DNA of 64,000 bases from contig CAWIIP010000001.1 of NCBI GenBank assembly GCA_963836235.1, positions 384,001 to 448,000 of the forward strand, in the 5' to 3' direction. Shown piece after piece: positions 46,123 through 53,581 of the stretch (positions are counted from its first letter, which is position 1; every line of letters starts with the position of its first letter). The notes beneath the pieces are model-generated. The model did not search any database. It had not been told where the DNA came from and saw only the letters and a program-made list of their open reading frames with translations. Source of the stretch: an uncultured Pseudomonadota bacterium. Its GTDB lineage: Bacteria > Oederibacteriota > Muellerivitia > Muellerivitales > Muellerivitaceae. A program made the position numbers and the translations under genes.

Positions 46123-47171
46123 AGATCGCCCAATCCGTATTCCTCAAGCCAATCATCCATCTTGGCTTTCTCCAACTTGGAAAAGACCGATTGTCCTTCC
46201 TGCCGATCAACAACAACAATATCGGCTGGCTCAAACTGGTTGACAAGTCCAACGGACTGGGTAGATGCGATGATTTGTGTTTTAGTGGAAGTGCTTTTAA
46301 GAAGATCAGCGAGCAAAGCAACGGCGTAGGGATGAAGGCCAAGTTCGGGCTCATCTAGCAAAATGACGGATGGTAGTTCCGGTTGCAACAATAGTGTGGC
46401 CAGACAGATGAACCTTAAGGTACCGTCCGATAGGGTATGGGCGTTGAAATAGTCGTCCGAACCCTTTTGGTGCCATTCCAAAAGAATTTTTCCCTTATTC
46501 AACTTGGAGGGGCGCAAAAAGAAATCATCAAAGAATGGTGCCGCCAATCGCACGGTTTCAACGATATTTTTATAATTGCCTTTATGGCGTTCCTGTAGGA
46601 AGTAAAGGAAAGCCGCGAGGTTTGACGCATCGGGCCTGAAAACCTCGTTATCATCTATTTCTCCCGTTTGTTTCATCTTGGAGCTTTCGCTTGTGTCATG
46701 AAAGTGGTAGACACGCCAGCTTTCCATGTTTTTTAAAACATGATTGACGGTCGCTTTTTGCTTAGCCAAAGTATGTAGTTTTGTTTCCTTGTGCCCTTCA
46801 CCGAGGCCTTCCTCATATGGGCGTTTATACCCGGCACCTTGAAAATAGGCGGATTCTTCCAGGAAAATCAGCGAATCATCCGTTGAGGGGCCCAATTTGC
46901 AGGAATATCCATTCGGATTGAAATCACAATGTATAAAAATTTCATTGGTTATTTTGGAGCCGAAGTACAAGAACGTGTTCGCGCCGCCTGATTTACCGAC
47001 AAAAACCTGGAGGTTTTTTAGGACAATTTGGTTTAAAAGCTTAAAGAGAGAAATAAAATTTGACTTCCCTGCCCCGTTGGGACCAATGAGAACATTTAAG
47101 GGTCTTAGTTTCAAATCCATATCTTTTATGGATTTGAAACCTTGAACTTTAACGCTTTTAAGTGCGTGCAT
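46083..47171 (-). CDS. AAA_21/ABC-type ATPase
   Basis: GFKS, IGPNGAGKSN, LSDGT, LLDEPE.GLHP. Confidence 0.88.
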   Translation of the reverse strand: MHALKSVKVQGFKSIKDMDLKLRPLNVLIGPNGAGKSNFISLFKLLNQIVLKNLQVFVGKSGGANTFLYFGSKITNEIFIHCDFNPNGYSCKLGPSTDDSLIFLEESAYFQGAGYKRPYEEGLGEGHKETKLHTLAKQKATVNHVLKNMESWRVYHFHDTSESSKMKQTGEIDDNEVFRPDASNLAAFLYFLQERHKGNYKNIVETVRLAAPFFDDFFLRPSKLNKGKILLEWHQKGSDDYFNAHTLSDGTLRFICLATLLLQPELPSVILLDEPELGLHPYAVALLADLLKSTSTKTQIIASTQSVGLVNQFEPADIVVVDRQEGQSVFSKLEKAKMDDWLEEYGLGDLWEKNILGGRPTH

Positions 47172-47247
47172 GATAATCTCCGGGATTCGATGCGTTTATT
47201 ATAACCCAGCTCTTTGGGTGCTTTAAACAAATCGGCTTTTGAAATTT

Positions 47248-47424
47248 TTATAATTCCTTTAATTCCTCAGCGATCTCGGCTTCCAACTGTTTAATCTCCG
47301 CCTCAATGACATCCAAGGGTCTTATGGTCTGATACTTGTAAAAATGCCGAGTGAAGGGAATTTCATAACCTATCTTGGTCTTACCATCGTCAATCCAGGC
47401 ATCCGGCACGTGTGGCAGAACTTC
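47248..47424 (-). pseudogene. hsdM: 3' fragment (last ~58 aa) of a type I R-M methyltransferase
   Basis: Manual translation EVLPHVPDAWIDDGKTKIGYEIPFTRHFYKYQ..RPLDVIEAEIKQLEAEI; begins 1 bp after the 37-bp repeat, no start codon. Confidence 0.85.
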
Positions 47425-47425
47425 A

Positions 47426-47462
47426 GTTGCACACTATCCTTTTTGCGACAGGCATGTGCAGG
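47426..47462 (-). CRISPR. CRISPR-like 37-bp repeat, cas-proximal copy
   Basis: 22 bp downstream of the cas2 stop; TGCACA...TGTGCA terminal dyad and TGCAAC 3' end; identical to 21292-21328. Confidence 0.82.
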
Positions 47463-47484
47463 AGCCTGCAATTATTGGTGTTTT

Positions 47485-47820
47485 TCACCGTTCCGCCGAA
47501 TTCGGCGTGATTTGGATAAGTTCAAACGCAGTTTCAATGTCGACATCATCTTTCTTAGAACTAAGCGTACCACCGAAAACCGAATCTTCAAAGCACGACC
47601 GACAGAGCGTACTGATAAAAAACTTTTCGGTCTTCTTTGCGAAAGCCCCCTTGAATTTATTCTCGAGTTTTTCCCGTTCTTTTGAATACAATTTTCCGAT
47701 ATACATATTCCGGAAAACCGGCTTGAGACCATAATTCTTGCACCACAGAACCGCCTTGTCCCGATGCCGCCAGTCGCGCGTTTCCCACGATACTAGGGTG
47801 ATGGCATTGAAATTGTTCAT
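47485..47820 (-). CDS. cas2: Divergent Cas2-like protein
   Basis: 111 aa, ATGA overlap with cas1; Cas2-like pattern (R.K....KNYGL.....Y.G.L...E ... LC..C) but SWET in place of YDI. Confidence 0.7.
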   Translation of the reverse strand: MNNFNAITLVSWETRDWRHRDKAVLWCKNYGLKPVFRNMYIGKLYSKEREKLENKFKGAFAKKTEKFFISTLCRSCFEDSVFGGTLSSKKDDVDIETAFELIQITPNSAER

Positions 47821-48827
47821 GATATCGAAAAAAGTTTTTCCGCACGAAACGGGTTGTACTTGTCCTCCTTTTCGACAAAGTGACGTGCCAACGCCCTAAT
47901 CTGGTTATCTATGATCTGCTTAAGAGTATATTGTTTCCCCCGCCATGCCGTCGTTTCATTCAACCGCCTCATGATCGCCCCCACCACGACGCTTTTTCCC
48001 TCAGGCGATAACAGATATTGCCCAACCGCGGTTTTTTCAAAATATTTCCGTTGGCTCAGTTTCTTTTCTATGAAAAGCGGGAAAAGCACCGAGTCGACGA
48101 TTGGTACGCGGAATTCTTCGACAAGATCGAGAACGAGGGCAGGCTTACCATAGCGTTCACTGTGGTAGAGGCCGAGATATGGATCAAGACCGACGTAAAG
48201 GCATGCCCGTTCGACTTCATTGTAAAGGATGCCGTAACCATAATTCAGTACGCTGTTAAACTGGTCCCTGCCTTGTGGTTTTCGGCCCGGGAATCTATAG
48301 AATTTTTTTAACCCGCTGAAATATTTGTCCGCGATGTATCCTTCCGTACCAAGGAGTTGCTCCTTGCCTTTCTCCGAACACGGGACATTGTCCAAGACAT
48401 CAAAAAGGGTCTGCGCTTGTAAGAGCTCGGTCCCCACATCCTTTTTATATCGGTACGCGAGATATCGGAGTAGATCGAGCTGATTAGCGCATTTGCCCCG
48501 CACTAATTCTTTTGCGATTTTGAACGATCGCTCAAGCGAAGTTGACGCTTCCAGTTGCGCTTTACGAAGACTCGCCAACCCTTTTGGTTCGCTTGAAAAT
48601 AGTCTTCCGATGGGCTTGCCAAAAGAACCGAGATAGACGATATCAACATCGTGCTCAATCGCGAGCTGAACTGCGTGAGTCGTGAGCGAGGCCGGCCGCA
48701 GTATGACTATTTTCTCCAGTCTGTGGATTGGGTATTCTTTTTTCTCTTTAACTTTCGGAAAAGAAAGGACGATGCGCTCACCATTTACGCCGATCTTGGT
48801 ACCGTAAGTATCAATAAGCAAGTCCAT
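47817..48827 (-). CDS. cas1: CRISPR-associated integrase Cas1
   Basis: LLGTEG..A..YF, D.FNS.LNYGYGIL, GLDPY.G.YH, LVLDLVEEFR; catalytic E/H/D-E positions present. Confidence 0.93.
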   Translation of the reverse strand: MDLLIDTYGTKIGVNGERIVLSFPKVKEKKEYPIHRLEKIVILRPASLTTHAVQLAIEHDVDIVYLGSFGKPIGRLFSSEPKGLASLRKAQLEASTSLERSFKIAKELVRGKCANQLDLLRYLAYRYKKDVGTELLQAQTLFDVLDNVPCSEKGKEQLLGTEGYIADKYFSGLKKFYRFPGRKPQGRDQFNSVLNYGYGILYNEVERACLYVGLDPYLGLYHSERYGKPALVLDLVEEFRVPIVDSVLFPLFIEKKLSQRKYFEKTAVGQYLLSPEGKSVVVGAIMRRLNETTAWRGKQYTLKQIIDNQIRALARHFVEKEDKYNPFRAEKLFSIS

Positions 48828-48901
48828 GTGATCTGCCCCCCAAATTTCGTAAACCATCTTTGTACGGAAGATGCCTGGCTACCATTATCCATCATTTTCG
48901 T

Positions 48902-48929
48902 TGTTCACGAAGGGTCCCCGCCGTGGACA
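48902..48929 (+). repeat. 28-bp palindromic site, copy 5
   Basis: TGTTCACGAAG-GGTCCC-CGCCGTGGACA. Confidence 0.85.
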
Positions 48930-48968
48930 GTGTTTTCTACGCTTCTCCTTGTTCAAGACTCCTCCGGC

Positions 48969-51632
48969 CTACCGAACCCCGAATTTCCTAATAAACCAGG
49001 TTTTCACAAATTGGGTGAGCACGCAATAGCACAATAAGGTGAGGGCGATAAACCCAAAATAATGAAGGGGCAAGGGCATGAGGCCGACCTTGGAGGCTAA
49101 GGGTGAAAAAGGGAAATAAATGCCGACCGCCATGACGCATAGGGTCGTCAAAGCCAACGCCGGCGCTGCCCGGCTTTGGATGAAAGGAATCTTGTTGGTG
49201 CGGATCACGTGGACGATTAGGGTCTGGGTCAGAAGACCCTCCACGAACCAGCCGGATTGAAACAAGGACTGTCTTTCGGGGCTATTGGCCCCGAAGAAGA
49301 ACCACATCAAGGCGAAGGTGGTGTAGTCAAAGATGGAGCTGATGGGGCCAATGAAAAGCATGAAGCGGCCGATATCGGCGATTTCCCATTTGCGAGGCCG
49401 GGAAAGGTATTCCTCGTCCACCCGGTCCAAGGGGATGGCCGTCTGGGAAACGTCGTAAAGAAGGTTCTGAATAAGAATTTGCACCGGCAACATGGGAAGA
49501 AATGGCAGAAGAGCGCTGGCCCCCACCACGGAAAACATATTGCCGAAGTTGGAACTGGCCCCCATCTTGATGTATTTGATGATGTTGCCGAAGACCTTGC
49601 GACCCTCCAAAACCCCATCCGCCAACACTAGCAGGCTTTGTTCCAGCAAGATGATGTCGGCGGATTCTTTGGCGATGTCCACCGCGTTGTCCACGGAGAT
49701 TCCTACGTCCGATGCCCGCAGGGCAGGCGCGTCGTTGATGCCGTCCCCTAAATACCCGACCACATGGCCCTTCTGATGCATGGCTTTGATGACGCGTTCT
49801 TTTTGGGAAGGGGAAAGTTTGGCGAATACGTAACAGCCCTCCACGGCCTCGGCCAGTTCCCCGTCCCCCATGGCCTCAATTTGCCCGCCCAATAAAATCT
49901 TTTCCGCGTCAATGCCCACCTGGGAACAAACCATACGGGTCACCGTTTCATTGTCCCCGGTGAGGACCTTCACCGCCACGCCATGATCCTTCAAGAGGGC
50001 TACCGCTTCCTTGGTGGTTTCCTTCGGTGGGTCCAGGAAAGCCAGATAGCCGAGCAACACCAAGTTGCATTCGTCTTTCATCGAATAGGCAGGGTGATCG
50101 GTGGGCATTTCCTTATAGGCTACGGCAATGACTCTTAGGCCTTCCCCGTTCAAATTTTCGGGGATACCCTTCAGGCCCTTTCGCGTTACTTCGTCTAAGG
50201 GAGTAAGCACCCCGTCAATTTCCACTTGGTCACAGACGCTGAAAACTTCCTCAAGGGCTCCCTTGCAGATAAGAATGTCCCTTTTGCCTTCCTCCTCTAC
50301 GACCACCGACATGCGCCGACGTTGAAAATCGAAGGGGATTTCATCGACCTTCTTATAGTTGGCCTGGGGTTTCAAGGATTTTTCCAGATCCACAAAGGCA
50401 AGCACCGCCACGTCCAGGAGATTTTTCAAACCGGTTTGGTAAAAGCTGTTCAAGTAGGCATATTCGAGGGTTTTAGGGCTCTTGGAGCCGCGCGCGTCCG
50501 CGACTTTCAACAGGGCCACCTTGTTCTGGGTCAGGGTCCCGGTCTTATCCGTGCAAAGGACGTCCATGGCCCCAAAGTTCTGGATGGAATTCAGGCGCTT
50601 CACGATGACCTTCTTGCGGGACATCATCATGGCCCCCTTGGACAGGTTGACGGTCACGATCATGGGGAGCATCTCGGGCGTCAACCCCACGGCCACTGCC
50701 ACAGCGAACATGAAAGCCTCGAACCAATTGTGTTTTTCAATACCGTTGATCACAAAGACCAGTGGCACCATTACCAGCATGAAACGCAACATGAGGGTCG
50801 TGAATCGGTTTACTCCCGTTTCAAAGCTGGTAAGGACACGACGGCCCACCACGGATTTCGCCAAAGTGCCCAGATAGGTTTCGGCGCCGGTGCGGAGTAC
50901 TAAAGCTGTGGCAGTACCGCTCAAGATGTTGCTCCCCATGAAACAAAGGGTCGGCCATTCCAGGGGGGTGGCAGGAGAGGCTTCCAGGGGTGCCGCCGTC
51001 TTTTCCACCGGCAGGGATTCCCCCGTGAGGGCGGCCTGGCTGACAAAGAGGTCCTTGCAGGAGAGAAACCGCAGGTCGGCGGGAACCATGTCACCAGCGG
51101 CTAGGTGGAGAACATCGCCCGGTACTAAATTCTCGATGGGTTCCTCCAAGTTTTGAATCGGCTCGTCCCCACGACGGCGCAGGACCGTGGCCCTATTGGT
51201 CACCATGGCCTTGAGTTTTTCGGCGGCCTGGCTGGAACGGTATTCCTGGTAAAAGCCGAGAGTCACGCTGATGAAGGCCATCGCGGCGATCACGATTCCC
51301 CCCGCGAAGTCGTGTGTGAGGAAGGAAATGAGGGAAAGGACTCCCAAGAGTAGTGTGAAGGGAGTGCGGAAGTTACGGAACAGCTGTAGGTACCAGGGGT
51401 CGGGTTTTTCATGCACCACTAGGTTGGGTCCGTGAAGCTCAAGACGATGGCGGACTTGGCTTTCGGTGAGGCCCTCGGGCGAACTGTGCAGTTGCTTGAG
51501 TAACGCGGGAATATCAGCCTTTCCCATTTCCAAAAGAGAGGCGAGGGAAAGGGCCGCTTGGGCCTTCGCAGTTTCGCCTTTGAGCCTTTCCGGTTGCAAC
51601 AATCGGTAGAAATGGTTTTTTAATAAGGGCAT
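48969..51632 (-). CDS. mgtA: Magnesium-translocating P-type ATPase
   Basis: TGES, TPEMLP, DKTGT, GDGIND, SSNFGNMFSV. Confidence 0.94.
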   Translation of the reverse strand: MPLLKNHFYRLLQPERLKGETAKAQAALSLASLLEMGKADIPALLKQLHSSPEGLTESQVRHRLELHGPNLVVHEKPDPWYLQLFRNFRTPFTLLLGVLSLISFLTHDFAGGIVIAAMAFISVTLGFYQEYRSSQAAEKLKAMVTNRATVLRRRGDEPIQNLEEPIENLVPGDVLHLAAGDMVPADLRFLSCKDLFVSQAALTGESLPVEKTAAPLEASPATPLEWPTLCFMGSNILSGTATALVLRTGAETYLGTLAKSVVGRRVLTSFETGVNRFTTLMLRFMLVMVPLVFVINGIEKHNWFEAFMFAVAVAVGLTPEMLPMIVTVNLSKGAMMMSRKKVIVKRLNSIQNFGAMDVLCTDKTGTLTQNKVALLKVADARGSKSPKTLEYAYLNSFYQTGLKNLLDVAVLAFVDLEKSLKPQANYKKVDEIPFDFQRRRMSVVVEEEGKRDILICKGALEEVFSVCDQVEIDGVLTPLDEVTRKGLKGIPENLNGEGLRVIAVAYKEMPTDHPAYSMKDECNLVLLGYLAFLDPPKETTKEAVALLKDHGVAVKVLTGDNETVTRMVCSQVGIDAEKILLGGQIEAMGDGELAEAVEGCYVFAKLSPSQKERVIKAMHQKGHVVGYLGDGINDAPALRASDVGISVDNAVDIAKESADIILLEQSLLVLADGVLEGRKVFGNIIKYIKMGASSNFGNMFSVVGASALLPFLPMLPVQILIQNLLYDVSQTAIPLDRVDEEYLSRPRKWEIADIGRFMLFIGPISSIFDYTTFALMWFFFGANSPERQSLFQSGWFVEGLLTQTLIVHVIRTNKIPFIQSRAAPALALTTLCVMAVGIYFPFSPLASKVGLMPLPLHYFGFIALTLLCYCVLTQFVKTWFIRKFGVR

Positions 51633-51857
51633 GGATTAAACTCGCTTTCCAAAACGTCCTCAACACTGACCAATTCTACTCCCCCTTCTGGCCGCACCGA
51701 AAACTCATTACCTTTCGAAATTGGGGCGACGTCAAGTCTACGCAATCAGGAAAGTAACGGCCGTTTCCCGATCTGCTTCTAAATATGAATATGGGTGTGG
51801 CTAAGGCCGTCGGGGACGTTGTGGGCGAAGCGGCGAGGAAGGCTTTGGGTCTTTAGA

Positions 51858-51885
51858 TGTCCACGACGGGTCCCCATCGTGGACA
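51858..51885 (+). repeat. 28-bp palindromic site, copy 6
   Basis: TGTCCACGACG-GGTCCC-CATCGTGGACA. Confidence 0.88.
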
Positions 51886-51934
51886 ACCTTTAAAACAGAA
51901 AACCTTAATTAAGCGGTTAATAAAATCCTATTTT

Positions 51935-52569
51935 CTAAAATCGAAACTGAAGATAAAAATTAGGAACAACGATAGACGTGTTGTTGGTCGGAGAATAAGA
52001 ATCCCAGGAGTAATAGGGCGGGGAAAAGACCGCGTAACCGGGAACAGAATTGGTTCTGAGAAAGCTTTTCATGTAATCCATGGTTAAACCGACACCCAAA
52101 TTGGAAAGGATGAAATATTCGATGCCCAAGCCAACAAGTAAATCATGTTCCGTTGTGTTTGCATTTGGATAAACCCCGTTTTCGTAATAATTCACGGAAT
52201 TCGCGGACGTGGTTCCGCTGATGAAATCGTAGCCGAAATGAAGGTAGGTTTGAAACAAGTTGAACACCCGTCTTTTGCGGGTGCTGAGATTATATCTTCC
52301 TTGAAGGGTAAGCCTGAAAAAGTCGACTGAGCCTCCAAAGGATGAGTCAGAGGTATTGAAGGAGGTCCCGCGGAGACTTCCCAATGGGGATCGATCAGGT
52401 AACCGAGGGTGATCCCGGTAAGCAGTGGAAAACCGTAATCCAGCTCAATTAAGAACTGCTGTTTCCCGGATAAGTCATTTCCGCCATTGGAGTCAAAATT
52501 ACCACCTGAACAAAACCCCACCGGAATCAGTATCAATAAAAAACAAAAAATACTTTTTTTCATAATCAC
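51935..52569 (-). CDS. Outer-membrane beta-barrel-like protein, frameshifted near 52365
   Basis: Signal peptide in ORF 52192..52569; amphipathic strands and C-terminal YLQFRF in ORF 51935..52384. Confidence 0.6.
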
Positions 52570-52586
52570 ACCTTTCTAATATCGCC

Positions 52587-52614
52587 TATTCACGACGGGG
52601 CCCCGTCACGAATA
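52587..52614 (+). repeat. 28-bp palindromic site, copy 7
   Basis: TATTCACGACG-GGGCCC-CGTCACGAATA (compensated outer arms). Confidence 0.75.
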
Positions 52615-52635
52615 GGTTGGTTTGATAAAAAATAT

Positions 52636-52663
52636 TGTTCCTTCAGGATCCCCGTCGTGGACA
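52636..52663 (+). repeat. 28-bp palindromic site, copy 8
   Basis: TGTTCCTTCAG-GATCCC-CGTCGTGGACA. Confidence 0.75.
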
Positions 52664-52700
52664 GCGACCCCTCATCCATATCCATCATAATTTCACGGAG

Positions 52701-53105
52701 TTAACCGCCAAGCACTTCCAAAAATTCCCGCGGGCTCAACACTTTTATGCCGTGGCACTTGGAATGTGGAAAATGCTTTAGATTGCCACTGACGAGGTAG
52801 GCGTTCTCTTGTTCCCGGGCGGCCTCCAAAAAAGCCTCATCATGCGGGTCGGGCAGCCCCGCCGGCGGGAAAGGCTGGACGGAACGGATTCCCTCGCTCC
52901 GAATCCGCAAAATCAAGAAATGAACAGCTTGCGTTTCAAAACCAAACTCAGGCCTCGACAGCACTTTTTCATATTCCCCAATGATATCTTCGTTATAAAC
53001 CGGCTGAAACCCGCCTTCGTTCATGAAATCCAGCAAACGGGCGCAGGGTCCGGTTGCGGTTAAAAGGCCGGAAACCAAAACATTGGTGTCGAGCACCACC
53101 TTCAA
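52701..53105 (-). CDS. PIN-domain toxin
   Basis: VVLDTNVLVS, DPHD..FLEAA, LVSGN.KHF. Confidence 0.88.
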   Translation of the reverse strand: MKVVLDTNVLVSGLLTATGPCARLLDFMNEGGFQPVYNEDIIGEYEKVLSRPEFGFETQAVHFLILRIRSEGIRSVQPFPPAGLPDPHDEAFLEAAREQENAYLVSGNLKHFPHSKCHGIKVLSPREFLEVLGG

Positions 53106-53389
53106 CGGCGTTCGGCCTTCCTCGTTTTGGCCACAACCGCGTCAACTTGTCCCATCTTCCATCGGTCAAGTCCCTTTGCCTTTGCCTTGGCCCTCATATG
53201 GTCAATGGCTAAACGGGCCTTCGCCTGGTGCCAGGCCTCCAAGGTTTCTTCCAATTCCAGTTCCCCAACCCGGCAAAGGAGGGCCATCGGTTTTCCGTTA
53301 TTAGTGACCACTACGTCCCCTTGTTGGTCCAATTCCTTCCAGACCATGCCCGATTTGCCTTTCAATTCCCTCACCGAAATAAATTTCAT
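53102..53389 (-). CDS. Phd/YefM-like antitoxin
   Basis: ISVRELK...VVVT.NGKP.A; overlaps the toxin start. Confidence 0.85.
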   Translation of the reverse strand: MKFISVRELKGKSGMVWKELDQQGDVVVTNNGKPMALLCRVGELELEETLEAWHQAKARLAIDHMRAKAKAKGLDRWKMGQVDAVVAKTRKAERR

Positions 53390-53464
53390 GGCGTCTCCTT
53401 ATCGTATAACAATATGATACTCAATCGTGACACGCTTTCAAGTCCATAAATTAGTGGCTGGGAT

Positions 53465-53492
53465 TGTCCACGAAGGGTCCCCGTCGTAGACA
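53465..53492 (+). repeat. 28-bp palindromic site, copy 9 (border with core genes)
   Basis: TGTCCACGAAG-GGTCCC-CGTCGTAGACA. Confidence 0.85.
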
Positions 53493-53581
53493 CCTGTATT
53501 CCGGCGACACCGGTTAAATGCTTTTAAGTGCTACTTCTTGCCAAAGACCAATAGTTGTTGGTGAAGGATGAAGTTCCGTGA

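Noticed and set aside
21292-47462. Reading the 37-bp direct repeats as attL/attR of a prophage or ICE
   Set aside because: No integrase, phage or conjugation genes inside; not a tRNA end; the repeat abuts cas2; the two insert ends are fragments of different genes. Not fully excluded for an integrase acting in trans
47485-48827. Casposon
   Set aside because: No family B polymerase or terminal inverted repeats seen, and the cas1 is coupled to a cas2-like gene
15376-53492. Classifying the 28-bp sites as integron attC or classical REP elements
   Set aside because: No RYYYAAC/GTTRRRY ends, too short for attC, no intI in the window, and no GTAG-type REP foot or inverted REP doublets
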